DNA from: Octopus sinensis
Taxonomy: Eukaryota
NCBI RefSeq assembly: GCF_006345805.1
Contig: NC_043001.1
Span: 76,880,001-76,944,000 of the forward strand
Reading direction: 5' to 3'
DNA: 64,000 nt
The notes below the pieces were generated by a model, which was given only the letters and a program-made list of their open reading frames with translations, searched no databases and was not told the DNA's origin. Each line of letters begins with the position of its first letter. Positions within the stretch are counted from its first letter, which is position 1. A program made the position numbers and the translations under genes. Below, in pieces: positions 14,057 to 27,870 of the stretch.

Positions 14057-14790
14057 CATTTAACATCTGTTGTCCATGCTGGCTTGGGTTGGATGGTTTG
14101 GCCAGTGCTGATAAGCTGAGGTGCTGCACCATTTTTCCAGTCTGATTTGACATGGTTTCTATGGCTGGATCATCATCATCATTGTTTAACGTCCGCTTTC
14201 CATGCTAGCATTTCTGGGTGCTTTTTACGTGACAATGGCACAGGTGTCAGTTACATGTCACCAGTATTGGTTGCATTGCCTCTGTGAGGCCCAGTGCTTG
14301 AATAGTGCTTTTTACATGACAGGTATCGGCCACATTGCCTCTGTGAGGCTCAAATAATAATTTTAATAATATGCCTTAATAATTCTTCCTACTAGAAGCA
14401 CAAGACCTCAAATTTGGGGAAAGGGGTTAAGTCGATTACATTGACCTGAAAGGATGAAAGGCAAAGTCGACCTCGGTACAATTTGAACTGAGAATGTAGC
14501 AACAGGTGAAACGCTGCTAAGTATTTTGCCCGGTGTGCTAACAATTCTGCCAGCTTGCCAACTTAATAATAATAATAATAATAATGATTTCAAATTTTGT
14601 CACAAGGACAGCAGTTTTGAGGGTGGGGCTAAGTCGATTACATTAACCCCTGTATTCAGCTGGTTCTTATTTTATCAACCCCAAAAGGCTGATAGGCAAA
14701 TTCGACCTGGTGGAATTCAGAACATAGTGACAGGCGAAATACTGCTAAACATTTCATCCAGCACGCTAACAGTTCAGCCAACTCACCACC
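13577..14790 (-). mobile_element. Array of family A SINEs separated by (TAA)n, with an embedded family C copy
   Basis: Repeated GAAAGGATGAAAGGCAAAGTCGACC..GAATTTGAACTCAG motifs. Confidence 0.75.
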
Positions 14791-14838
<48 letters not shown>

Positions 14839-15120
14839 TAAATGCTATCATAATAATGAATTGATTCTATTTTGGTACTGTATATCTGGTTAGTTATTTT
14901 GGTTTTCTTTGTTTCTCCGTTGATCAAACCTTTACAATGTGTTTCCATTCTGATCTTTGGACAAATTCTCGTCAGACCAGTGAAGACTCGTTAAAGTTGC
15001 CATTAAAATTTACATCTTTGTTAATGTTGATGCATTCTAAATACATAATGAAAAAATATGTTTTGAGTGTGTTGCATTATGAATACACATATGCATATGA
15101 GTGTACGAGAGTATGCATGC

Positions 15121-15153
<33 letters not shown>

Positions 15154-15695
15154 TATATATATATGTATTTATGTGTGTGCATGGATGTGTGTGTGTGTTT
15201 ATATGTATACATGCACACACACATATTTATATATATCATATACATATGCACTGGCAACCACTTATAACCACAGCTAATGTTATTGACCAATTATTAGAAA
15301 TGAAAAGACTTCATTTCAAAATGATTACAATAAACGGCTTCCACTGTGTGTGTGTGTGTGTGTGTGTGTAGTTATGTATGCAATGTAAATATGTATGTAT
15401 TGCTGGCCAAGAAACAGGCTCTCTCATTCATGTGTGTGTGTGTTTGTATACAACATAGACTTATGTACATACATACATATAATCTTGAAGCTGTAAAAAT
15501 GGCTCAATAGTTTACTTGTGGAACTAGATCTTCATGTGGAAGCATTTAAAGAGAGGAGGAGATGCAGGTACACATGGTAGAGGAGGACCCATCTGTAGGT
15601 GATGATGGCATCAGAATAAATTTCTGTGGTTAGTATAAATAATATTTCAAAGTATGAACATGTCTTCAGATAGTTACTGCATTTCTTAAGTTGCA

Positions 15696-15866
<171 letters not shown>

Positions 15867-16559
15867 TATCTGCTGCACCTTGAGCAATGTATATATGTAT
15901 AGGTATATATATATATGTATATATATATGTATGTATATATTTGTGTATGTATATATGTCTCTCTCTATATATATATATGTGTGTGTGTATGTATGTATAT
16001 ATGTATGTATGTATGTACGTATGTATATATATATGTGTGTATATATGTAGTATATAGGTATGTATATATATATTTATGTATGTATATTTTTACAAATTTG
16101 GGATTTTACCAATAGAACCACAACTCTTAATGCAGAATAACCTTATTGTATGAAATATGCATAAAAATTTTTATTCAATAAAATAATGCAAGCATGTAAA
16201 ATACCTACTATAAAATACAATAAAATTATTTAAAAAAATATAACTTACCTGTTGAGAGTTTTCTTAGGTTTAGCATTTTCTGTATATATCAGTATTGTAA
16301 TTTTAGGTGTTTAATTTTTTTAAATTTAAAAAAACTTTTAAAAATATATTTGTAATTTATATATTTTTATTACATTTTTATTCATATTTGAATAAAATTT
16401 GATGTTTAAAAACTAGTTTCATAGACACTTCTTTCAACGTTCCTATTTTGTTTTTCACACATTAACTCATGTAGGTTGAACCATGTAAAATGTTAGAGAA
16501 AGAAACCTAGATGTTTCTTGCACTACATACCAATACATACATCTAAAGCAAAATATTTT

Positions 16560-16654
16560 CAGAGGTCCTTAAAATATTATTGTGAATCCCCAATTTACTA
16601 TTTTTTTGCATAGACTCCCAAAAATTTTATATGGACCCTGATTGAGAACCACTG
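16560..16654. mobile_element. hAT-Charlie-like terminal remnant
   Basis: Ends in TTGAGAACCACTG, the reverse complement of a CAGTGGTTCTCAA TIR. The partner TIR was not found. Confidence 0.4.
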
Positions 16655-16827
16655 GTCAAAGAGAAGGAAATTCCCAAAATAACACCCACCTCATTGCAAA
16701 GCCAAGATCTTGCTCTCATTTGTTTCTTTGGCTTTGAAAGTTAGAGTTGTATAAGCTGTTATTGATTTTAAATTTCAGCATAGGTGTAGCTGAAAGCCAT
16801 TGTCTTTATATATGTATAGTATATATA

Positions 16828-17726
16828 TTGGGTTGGTAACTACATTCCCACCGCTTTTTTAAATTTAAATTTTTAAAAGGTTTAATAAAAAATAACAACT
16901 AATTAATCAATAATGTATTCACCCTTGTTGTTTACAACTTCTTCCCAATGTTCAACAAGATTTTCAATACCTTGTTGGTAGAAATCACCCGATTTCGACT
17001 CAAAAAATTGATCCAACTAAGCTCTCAATTCTGCATCAGTATTGAACGAAACTCCGCGCATAGGATTTGAAAGAGATTGAAAGAAGTGGAAATCTGTTGG
17101 TGCCAAATCAGGAAAGTATGGCGGGTGTGGCAGCACTTCCCAGCCATGCGTTTGAATGGCTTCCTTGGTCATATTAGCGGTATGAGGGCGGGCGTTGTCG
17201 TGCAACAGAAGAACTCCATACTGCTGATTAGGTCTTTTCTCTTGAATAGCCGTGTTGAGTTGTTCCATGATCCATACTTCTGAACCTTTCTCATCAAGTG
17301 AAGATACTTCTCTGTAGCAGTGTGGAAGCATTCCATTTTCTCTGCCAGTTCCCTTGTCATTTGATGAAAATTTTCGCACAAAAGTTGGTTTAATTGCTCT
17401 TCATCGAACTCAACTGGACGGCCAGAACAAGGTGCATCTATGAGGTTAAAATTTCCACTTTTGAACTTGGCATACCAATCACGAGCAGTCCTTTCAGCTA
17501 TGGCATCCTCTCCATACACAGCACAAATGTCATGAGCAGCTTTTGCGGCTTTAGAACCTTGATTAAGAGCAAAAGGAAGGTGTCGAAAATGCTTGTTTTT
17601 CTTAACATGACATTCCTTTTTAAGAATTAAAATTAGCTAGAAAGAAAACAAAATAGATTCCAAAATTTAAAAACGCAATAAATTCCAAAATTTTAAAAAA
17701 TGGCGGGAAATTAGTTTCCAACCCAA
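16828..17726 (-). mobile_element. Internally deleted mariner (DD34D) transposon, mellifera-like TIRs
   Basis: TIRs TTGGGTTGG.AACTA at both ends, TA flank on the left. N-terminal transposase KHFRHL...ICAVYGEDAIAERTARDWYAKFKSG...SGRP (start codon decayed). C-terminal LLLHDNARPH...HPPYFPDLAPTDFHFF. The middle is deleted and frameshifted. Confidence 0.93.
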
Positions 17727-18045
17727 TGTATATATATATATATTAAAGATTGTGGTTCAATTCCCAAACCAGGTGGCATATTGTGTTGTTGAGTAAAACA
17801 CTTCATTTCATGTTGCTCCAGTCCCTTTTCAATCGTAGGTGAATGTTGGCCTGCTCACTGAGCCAGTAGGGTGGCCTCATTCACTGGCTAAAACAGTGCA
17901 TAGCACATTGTGTCCAATGTCGTGTAACATCTGATAGTTTGTTCAGTCATGTGTTCACATGATATATATGTGCATGTGCACACACACAATACATGTTTAT
18001 ACAGAGAGAGAAGTGAGATGTATGTTATGCGTGTGTATACATATA

Positions 18046-19282
18046 TGAGGGTTAGCTGAAAAATTCACAGTCTGACCAAGAAACTCTCATGGAATGTCAC
18101 CAAATGATGTCTATTTTTCAACATAGTTCCCCTTGTGGTCCACACATTTCTTCCAGCAGTGTTACAGTGCTTGGATGCATTGGTGAAGAAGCTTTCATTC
18201 TATTGGTCAAAAAATTCATCAACAGCAGATATGACCTCATCACTGGAATATTGGTTACCACCCAAGTGCCTTTTCATGTTGAAGAACAGATGATAGTTAG
18301 ATGGGGCCAAACCAGGAGAATAGGGAAGGTGCTAAAGTCACAGATACACACAGCCACCATCAAAACCAAGCCCTAGTGTGCTGGAGCATTTTCCTGATGA
18401 AACAAGGCACGTTTCATCTGTTCTCCTGAGCATTTGGTCTTGATAACCCTTGGTAACCACCTCAACAAGTTGGCATAGTACTTTTTGTTGATAGTGTAGC
18501 CCTTTTGAAGATAGTCAATAAACACAATACCTTTTATATCCCATAAAACTGAGGCCATCACCTTCCTTGCAGAAGGGGTGTTTCCATTGCATGAATTGCC
18601 TGTGTCTCTGGCTCAAAGTTATGAATCTAACACTTAGCCTGGTTAAGGAAACCTTCAAGGAAACCAGCTGGATCTGCCTGAAATAATGTCAGATTTTCTT
18701 ATGATGTGATCAGCCTGGTATGCTTTGATCTGGTATCAGGTCTGGCATCCAATGAGCAGAAACCTTCATCATGCCAAGTTTATTGTGTAGAAAAGTCTCA
18801 ACTCTCTTACAGGATATGTTAATAGCATTGGCTATTTGATTTATAGTCAGTTGCCTGTCATCCGTCACCATGTGGTGAACACGATCAATGTTTTCCTTGG
18901 TGGTGGCAGCTGCAGAACATCCAGACCTTGGGTCCTCTTCAACACTCTCCCTTTCCCTCCTAAATTCAGCTGCCCACTTTTGCATTATTGATAAAACGGG
19001 AGCATCGTCCCCTAATGTAGCAACTATGTCAGCATGAATGTCATTGGGGACTAAACTCTTTTCCTGCAGGTATTGGATAACATCACGGTGCCAAATTTTG
19101 TCCATTTTCAAGAGAATTTGCCACTAGTCACTTTTGAAATGTTCTTTGAACAGTCAGATGTCAGTTTAGCTGGAAAGAAACAATGCTGTTATTAATAAGA
19201 ATATTTGAAATTAATGCAAACAAGATTTCACAGCTCTAGTATCACTCTTTCATAGTCGGCCTATGAACTTTACACCTTCTCA
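18046..19282 (-). mobile_element. Decayed near-full-length mariner, irritans/Hsmar2-like
   Basis: TA-flanked imperfect TIRs (TGAGGG..TGAAAA.TTCA.AG.C.GAC). Broken ORFs MDKIWHRDVIQYLQ...KWAAEFRR...EEDPRSG and MASVLWDIKGIVFIDYLQKGYTINKKYY...FHQENAPAH. Confidence 0.9.
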
Positions 19283-19431
19283 TATATGTATAGTCACTTA
19301 GCTGTACCTCCTTTTGAGTTTGTTTATATATCAGTTAATCTTAAAGGCTACCAAAAACCATTTCATTCACTAACCTTTTCATTGGAATTCACATTACAAT
19401 AAATTCTCTCTCTCTCTCTCTCCATATATAT

Positions 19432-19477
<46 letters not shown>

Positions 19478-19969
19478 CTCTTCTCCTATTCCTCTCCCCC
19501 TTTTCCTCTATCCCCCTCTTCCTCTACCCCTCTCTTTCTCTTCACCATTCTTTACATTGTATTTTGCTGCTCTCAATCCTATCTACACAACTGTGTTGTT
19601 TACATGTATAATATGTATGAATACATTTGAGTATAGGTATTTGTGTATACTTCTACCTGTATTTGCATGTGCGATTTGTTTGAACATATGTATTATGAAT
19701 GATATATCAAAACATACATAGGTACATTTGGGGATGAGTGCTTTTTAGTGCTAATCACTAATTTAATTTAATTTTAAATAATAATTACCTTTGAAGGTTT
19801 CTATTCCCATGCTAACCACCTGACAAGATCAGTATTTAAATATCGATCTTATCCTTATTTATATAAATTTATATATCTATATATTTATTTCGTTGTTATA
19901 TTCACTGGTTGTGTGTATACGTTCATATATATGTATGTATACATTCACCCATGTAAGTATATCATATGT

Positions 19970-20010
<41 letters not shown>

Positions 20011-20031
20011 ATTTATGTGCTATCTGAGTAT

Positions 20032-20090
20032 ATTCCACTGATGAAGGCAGACCATTTCTTATGCAGAGCCAGAAATCCGGGATCTGGAAT
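20032..20090 (+). ncRNA. Type I hammerhead ribozyme with canonical core
   Basis: attcca CTGATGA a-ggc...gcc-a GAAA tcc-g-gga TC^ tggaat. Stem I is a perfect 6 bp, stem III is AUCC/GGAU with a 1-nt loop, and the predicted cut is after C20084. Confidence 0.85.
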
Positions 20091-20311
20091 TAGCCATTAA
20101 TTTTTTGCTAGTTTATTTTGTCTCTTTGTCTTCTCTCTTGGTGCTGTATGAACATTTAATGTGGTTTTAGAGTCAAGTTTTGACTGCTATTTCCAGCATG
20201 GCGGTATCTCTTAAATACCCTAAATTATAATTTTAAATAATTATTATTTTTGAAGGTTTTTATTCCCATGCTGGCCACCTGATAAGATTGGTATTTAAAT
20301 ATCGATCTTAT

Positions 20312-20345
<34 letters not shown>

Positions 20346-21109
20346 TGTATGCAATGTCTTACCTGCTTGAGCAAATGCTCCTAATAGAAAAATTCAACAG
20401 AACCATTTAACAACTTAGTCAGACTATAAACTGAAGAAGATAAAACCTGTGGATGAGAGAAATTTGGAATTTTTATTGTTCTACAGATATATTCCTCATT
20501 CATCAATGAATGCAGTGCCATCTGTTCTACTCTTCAATCACCCCTTGTTTTTTATTTTATACAATTTTTCTCAAACAAGGCTTGATCGCTGTAGCATAAC
20601 GAAGCAGTCCCAACCATTTATGTACTACAGACTGGTTTTACACTACATACTTACATACACACACACACACCACACACACACACATACACACAGGACATGG
20701 TTTTAACTGACTGGTTATAAGTCAGTTTGAGTCTAAGTCCACCTGTAGGCCTATATAGCTTTGTTTTCTATTTTTACATTCTTAAGATACATTCTCAGGT
20801 AAGTCACACACAGCATTCCGTATTATACTATTACACTGGTGTTAGTCTCAAGCTGTCGGCTTATAAACAATTATGAGGTTGCCTCAATGTCTCTGCGGCA
20901 GAATATTCATCCAGCAGTTGGGATAACCACAGTGGTGATTGATAACCAAAGCTAGGGGAAGCATTTGTTAGCTGATATCCGTAGACGGGTTAATTTCTAA
21001 GAAATTAAACCCATTAGATTTCAACTGAGCTATTTATTATTGCTGCTGGGAGCTGGCGCGCCAAAAGTCATAAAGTCAATTGGTTGTAAGTCAATGACGA
21101 CCTGTATAT

Positions 21110-22065
21110 ATATATTCGTGTGGCATTGTCCGTTTTTCTGTCCTTGTTTCGTATACATTCGATCCTTTTTCCAAGAAATCTAATGCTGATAGCTTAGTTT
21201 TTCCTTGGGGCTGGCCGGATCGGAGCGATCTCAAGATTAATCAGCTGAAATTGTGAGGATGATCCGGTTCTTGACTGAAGATTAGAGGCTTCGAATGACC
21301 CGTCCGTTTTTTGTATCGTCTATTTGAATGTTTTGCGTTCTTGTCCCATTTTGTATTTTTATATATATTTTTTATACATACATATATTCCCTCTCACTCC
21401 TCCTCATCTCCCTCACGGCTGAGCCGACCTTACTTCCTTTTCACTCCAGCCTGCTACAAGTCAAGATGACTTATTCCTGCGCTCTGAATTTTTTTTCCTT
21501 GTCTAGGCTAAAAAAGGCCCTCAATGTTTGTTTTTTTTGTCCTGTTTTTATTCTTTATGTGTACTGTATTTTTTTATATTTGTATTTTTATTTTGTATTC
21601 GTATTTTTATTTGTATTGCTTTTACGTCCTGTTCTTGTCACATTTTTTTCTTTCCTTGTTTTTACCCCTTTGCAAGGGAATTTTATTTAATTCCCTCACA
21701 GGAAGGACCGGTCCGACGAGCGTGTCCTGTCCTTACCTTCGAAACACACATGGAGTCGAACCGGGGACAGCTGATGAAGGGGAGTGTTCCTTGTGTTGTT
21801 TGTCCTGTGTTCTGTTTTTTCGTTGTTAAAAAAAGTCCGTTCCCTTGTTTTTATGTTTTCGTTTCTCGTTGACTTCTACGTCTATTTGTGGTGTCCTGTA
21901 CTCACATATATATATATTTATATATGCATGTATATCTACATGTAGATGTAGGTACGTACATATATGTATGTATGCATATATTTTATTTATTACATTATTG
22001 TATGACTGAGCGACCTCGCGTTGTTTCGTTTCATTTCTTTCCTTTCTCCCAGTATGCTTTTATAT
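21110..22065 (+). mobile_element. CpG-retaining, T-rich insertion between TA runs; probable Penelope-like tail with hammerhead remnants
   Basis: ggggacag-CTGATGA-agggga at about 21763-21783, with complementary GTC-ctgtcc (about 21724) and GTC-ctgtac (about 21893). No correctly placed GAAA. Confidence 0.4.
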
Positions 22066-23333
22066 ATATATATATATATATATATAATAGGTACATATAC
22101 AATGGGATTCTTTCAGTTTCTGTCTACCATATTTGCTCACTAAGGCTTTGGTTAGTCCAGTGCTATAGTAGAAGACATTTGCCCAAGGTAGCATGAGGCA
22201 GGTTTGAATCCAAGACCACACAGTTGAGAAGCAAGCTTCTTAACAACACACCCTCACCTGTGCTTTTCTGCAAGAAGTCTTTATAATAAGGCAAAAGCTT
22301 GGGCATGAATCCAGGTTACAGAATCAATTGACTGACAGAGATAGTCAATGAGGATAATAAGGGAGTTACAAGAAATTGAACTCGGCTAACAAGAATATCA
22401 TCTGAACATCTCAAATATAACTGCTGTATGTCTGTCTCCAAGAGTAAACAAATTCTTTTGTTTCAGTCATTTGACTGTGGCCTTGCTGGAGCACCACCTT
22501 TAGTCGAGCAAATTGACCCCGGGACTTATTTTTTGTAAGCCAAGTACTTATTCTATCAGTTTCTTTTGCCAAACCACCAAGTTACGGGGATGTAAACACA
22601 CCACTATTGGTTGTCAAGTGACGTTGGGAAGACAGACACAGACACACAAACACACACACACACATATGACGGGCTTCCTTCAGTTTCCGTCTACCAAATC
22701 CACTCACAAGGCGTTGGTCGGCCCAAAGCTATAGCAGAAGACACTTGCCCAAGGTGCCATGCAGTGGGACTGAACCTGGCACCATGTGGTTGGTAAGCAA
22801 GCTACTTACCACACAGCCACTCCTGCGCTTATGTTTACCAGCAAATAGAATCACCATCATCATCATCATCACCACTACCACCACCATCATCAGTTTGTAG
22901 CTATTTTACCATGCTTGCATAGTACAAACGGAATTTGTTGAAACAGGCTTTTTCAGCATCTGGGTTGTGTAGCCTTTTCTTGTCGCCTTGTTTCCAAGCA
23001 AGGTAATATTTTCCCTCACGGCCAGAACATGATTTTCATAAAAGACTGGAAATGAATGACATTGCTTATATGACAGTGGTTGTTTATAGTGATTACATGT
23101 CAAGAGTACTTGCAAACATGTGCACACAGCTGGAATTTTCAGAAAAAGAAACCAAACCAACTGGCTTGCACATTACCAATACAATCTGTAAGTGGAACAG
23201 TAAAACTATGCTAGGCTTTTCTCAAGTTTAAAATGTGACATTGTTTTCATTATCCACATTCCAATGACGGAGCTTTGTATTTTTGTTAAAAACCAGCTAA
23301 AAAATAGAAAAGAACAATTATCTCTCTCTCTCT

Positions 23334-23402
<69 letters not shown>

Positions 23403-23403
23403 T

Positions 23404-23601
23404 GACCATGCGCATATCGTTGGCGATTTTCTTTCTCCATCTTTCCTTCCTTGGACCTTTCCTTTTTTTATGTTTCTGATGGAGAGCTCTGCTTGAAACG
23501 TTAAATCCTTCTTTCTTTCCTTTCCTGCGCATCTGATAACACTATACTTGTCCCACATGCTTGCGTTGTTGTGTTTTCTCTTTGTTCATGTTTGGATTAA
23601 C
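23404..23601 (+). mobile_element. Penelope-like terminal fragment with a decayed minimal hammerhead (23472-23506)
   Basis: gttt CTGATGG a gagc-tct-gctt GAAA cg TT aaat. Flanked by (TA)n on both sides; homologous to the reverse complement of 32540-32755. Confidence 0.65.
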
Positions 23602-23632
<31 letters not shown>

Positions 23633-24092
23633 GCACACACACAGACATATTATGATGGACTTCTTTCAGTCCGCCAAATCCACTCAAAAGGCTTTGGTTG
23701 GCCCAGAACTATAAAGTACTTCACAGTGGGACTGAACTCAGAACCATTTGGTTGGGAAGCAACACCTGTGCCTCTTAGTATAAATACAGCATAAAAAATA
23801 AAATAGGGAAAATATAAATTATATTTCATTGCCTAATATTCATGATTCACATATTACTATATAATATCGCCTGATTTGATAGTCACATGATGAGTACTAT
23901 TTGACAGGGTCACCAATTTGATGAAGGGTTCTTTGGTTATGATACTTGTAGATTCTGTGGGTAAAGGATCCTCTTTCAACTTTGGTTTTGCTTGGATAAA
24001 CTCTTTACAGTGATACACAATTAGTATACTTGAGTTAGCACATTACCTGACACATTGTCAGTGTATGTGCATACACACACACACACACATAC

Positions 24093-24322
24093 ATCATCAT
24101 CATCATCATCGTCGTTTAACGTCCGTTCTCCATGCTAGCATGGGTTGGACGGTTCGACCGGGGTTCTGGGAAGCCAGAAGGCTGCACCAGGCTCCAGTCT
24201 AATTTGGCAATGTTTCTACAGCTGGATGCCCTTCCTAACGCCAACCACTCCGTGAGTGTAGTGGGTGCTTTTTACGTGCCACCTGCACAGGTGCCAGGCG
24301 GGGCTGGCAACGGCCACGGTCA
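24093..24322 (-). mobile_element. Family C retroposon (RTE-like tail, (TGA)n end); close copies at 9055-9303, 31386-31580, 41382-41620 (-) and 32970-33210 (+)
   Basis: Shared GGCGTTAGGAAGGGCATCCAGCTGTAGAAAC...CCCATGCTAGCATGG..CGGACGTTAAACGATGATGATG. Confidence 0.8.
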
Positions 24323-24323
24323 G

Positions 24324-24425
<102 letters not shown>

Positions 24426-24476
24426 CACACACACACACACACACAATATATATATATACACACACACACCACACAC

Positions 24477-24578
<102 letters not shown>

Positions 24579-24959
24579 TATATGTATGTATGTAAGTATA
24601 TGCATGCATACATGGTTGTGAGTATATGTGTGTAACTGTGTTTGTATCTGAGATGGGATGCAGGGAGAGAGATGAAGAAAAGTGAGAGTGGAATTTGGGA
24701 ATATGGGAGGTAGCAGTTGTGAGCATACTGCAGCACAGAAAGAGATAAGAGTGAGGAATCAGAGAGATGTGGCAACGAAAGAAGAGAAAGATAAAATGTA
24801 TGAAGTAAATTGGTGGCGGCGAGGAAGAATTAAAAACGATCTGCTGCTGTTTGTTGAAGTGTCTTGGTGCTCACTGTTCTATTATGGTTGCAGCAGTAGT
24901 AACAACTCGGCATTTTGTTGTGAAACTATTGGAGTGGAAGTGAAGGCTTTCTTCAAGTG

Positions 24960-25604
24960 AAGGATGTGTGTGTTGGCAGCAGATTTGGATTGAGTGGAGT
25001 ATAGTGAGTGAGCGAGTGAGTGAGAGTGAATGGTAGAGAATGAGTGAGAGAATGTAAGTGGTTGAGTGAGGAAGAAATACAAAGATAAGGCAAAGAATGT
25101 GAGTAGAAGAGAGAGAAACAGTGAGGAAGAAAGGAGAAATACAAAAGTAGAGAGAGGGGAAAGGAGAGAAGTAATGTGAGTAGGAGAGAGAGAGAAATAC
25201 AAAGAGAATGAGAGAGAAGTAATGTGAGTTGTAGAGAGAGGGAGAGAGAGAATGAAATAGAAAGGCAAAGAGAGGAAGGAAGAGAGAATGTGAGAGTGGT
25301 AGAGATGGTGGAGTGAGATTGTGAGAGAATGAGAGAGAAACAGACGTTGAGTGAAAGTGAAAGTATGAGAGAGAAATAGGTAAGGTGACAAAAAGGAAGA
25401 GAGAGAGAGAAAGAAGATCAAATAATGTGTGATGAAGATGAGATGGAAGAGAAATTGGTACATAGAAGAATTGAAAGGGGAGAAGGAGAAATATATATAT
25501 CTGTATGAGAGAGAGAGAGAGAGAGAGTTGGTCTGATAAATGAACAGAAATGCAGAGAGGAAGGAGAAGTTGACAGAGTAACACAGAGAGGAGAGAGAAA
25601 GAGT

Positions 25605-25640
<36 letters not shown>

Positions 25641-26480
25641 AGGAGAAATAAAACATGAAATTTAGAGTAAAAGATTGATAGAGAGAGTGAGATAGAGAAA
25701 GATGGTCTAATAAATAAATAGAAAGAATTAAAGAGAGGAAGAACTATACAGAGAGAGAGAGAAAGAAAATTGAGAGGGAGATAGAGAAGTAAGTGAGAGA
25801 GTGAAAGATAAAGGCTCAGTGAGAATGAGGGAAAGAAGGGATTATTGTAACCCTTTAGCATTTAAACCAGCTGTCTGGCTCATCTATTTGTTTTATGTTT
25901 GAACTAACCAGATCCAGCCTCTCACACTTATCCTACAATGTCATTCTAAAAATCAACAATCGCATTATCAAAATCTTGAAGTTAGGAGATAATGCATGAT
26001 TAAATTGAAAGAATGCGATTAATTCGAAAGAATATGCATTACATTTGACAGAGCAATCTCAATGCTCAAGGGTTAAACATAGAGATTAAGAGAAGTAAGA
26101 GAGTGGTGAGGGTGAGGAGGAAGAGCAGAGTTGGAGAAGGGAGGGAAAGATTGAAAGAAGAAGAAGAGGGAATGAGACACGAAAAGGGAGAGTTGAAGAG
26201 GAAAAGTAAGAGTAGCCATATGGAAGAGGAAGACAGAAGAGAGTCAAAAGTAGCAGGAAGAGCTGAGAGATGGAGGGAGAGGAGGAAAGAAATAGTGAAA
26301 GAGTGAGGAATAAAAGAGGAAGATGAAAAGAGGAGAAGATAGAAAGACTATTGAAATTAAAAGTAATAGAATAAGAGGAGAGAAGAAAAAGAGTTGGAAC
26401 AAGAGAGAGAGAAAGGAGTGGTGAAAGCCAAAGATGAAGAAACATCACAGAAGGAAGAAGAGGAAGAGGAAGGGGAGTGA
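24960..26480. repeat. Polypurine (GA-rich) low-complexity tract
   Basis: About 1.5 kb of degenerate (GA)/(GAA), interrupted by a piggyBac-like MITE. Confidence 0.85.
25851..26072. mobile_element. piggyBac-like MITE
   Basis: TIRs CCCTTTAGCATT / AATGCTCAAGGG flanked by (G)TAA and TTAA. A partial second copy lies at 28332-28439. Confidence 0.7.
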
Positions 26481-27836
26481 ACTACCTTTGAATAACAAAT
26501 ATGGTTGCAGGCATTGCTTTATGGTAAGACGTTTGCTTCCCAACCACATGGTTCTGGGTTCAGTCCCAATGCATGGCAATTCAGGGAAGTGTTTTCTACT
26601 ATAGCCTTGAGCCAACCAAAGCCTTGTGAGTGGATTTGGTAGATGGAAGCTGAAAGAAGCTGGTCGTACATTTATATGTATGTTTCTATGTGTCTGTGTA
26701 TTTGTCCCCCCCCCCTCACTGCTTGATAACAAGTGTTGGTTTGTTTATGTCTCAGTAACTTAACAGTTCAGCAGAAAAAGACCGATAGAATAAGTACCAG
26801 GCTTAAAAAAAAATATTAGTATTGGGGTTGTTTGTTTGACTTGAACCCTTCAAGGTGGTGCCCCAGCATGGCTACAGTCCAATGACTGAAACAAGTAAAA
26901 TGTAAGCCATACTGCAGTTGTTTATTTATTACTTACCCATGGCCACAGCCTTAGGGTTGAAACATGTAAAAAAAAAAAAGTAAAAGAATCCTGCCATTCT
27001 TCCCCACTCATTTTCACACCTCTCCTCCCTTCTCCATCTCATGGATCAGTGGTCATCTATCACTACTCTCTGTCCACCCTTCAATCCTGCTCAATCTTTA
27101 AAGTTGTCTACTTCCCATCCTATCTTCTCCACCACCAACCTACCTGTACGCCTAGTTCCACTTGAGACACACCCACTACTCACCTCTTATCTTGAGGAGA
27201 TACTTGGACTCACAGCTCCTACTTAATCATCCTCACTCATTCTCTCTCTCTCTCTCTTTCTCCCAAAGGTGAGTAACCATGTAGTTCCTCTGCAGGAACC
27301 TGATTGTCCCTCCTTCCTTCCCTCCATGCTTAAATGCTAATGCCATTGCCCCACTCCTCTCATAAATGTTACACCCTGCCTCCTAATTGAGTTTTGTAGT
27401 CTCACAAGCTGCTTGATAAACTCACTAGTGGTGATGGCATGAAAAAAGCCACACACACCATAAAATGTTTGGCATTAGGAAGGCCATCCAGCTGTAGAGA
27501 CTATGCCAAAACACACTGGAACATGATGAGGTCTTTGGACCCATTGAATCTTGTCAAACCATCCAACTGATGGCAGCACAGAATGCCAACATTAAATGAT
27601 GGTGATGTTCTAAATATTGATGCTATGAATTGAACAATATCAAACTGAGGAGGCAACAGCCATATAAGTATAAAAATTAAGGTAGTTGGGCCTCACTATA
27701 TTTACTATATGTATGGCATTAATTAATTACCAAAGAATAATGCAGAAAAAAATCTCAATGGAATTTGAACTCAGAACATGAAGCCAGAAGAATTGCTGCT
27801 GAACATTTTGTCCTGCAAGTCTACTAGCTCAGCACC

Positions 27837-27870
<34 letters not shown>

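Noticed and set aside
20700-21106. Tigger/pogo-like TIR (CAGGTCGTCATTGACTTACAACC on -)
   Set aside because: Only right-end-like motifs were seen; no matching left TIR or transposase.
21270-21305. CTGAAGA...CGAATGA as a hammerhead
   Set aside because: Lacks GAAA and supporting stems.
27240-27275. AAG|GTGAGT donor as the 5' UTR exon of the CUB-LDLa gene (others at 7967 and 20799)
   Set aside because: Several equally plausible donors; cannot choose without transcript data.
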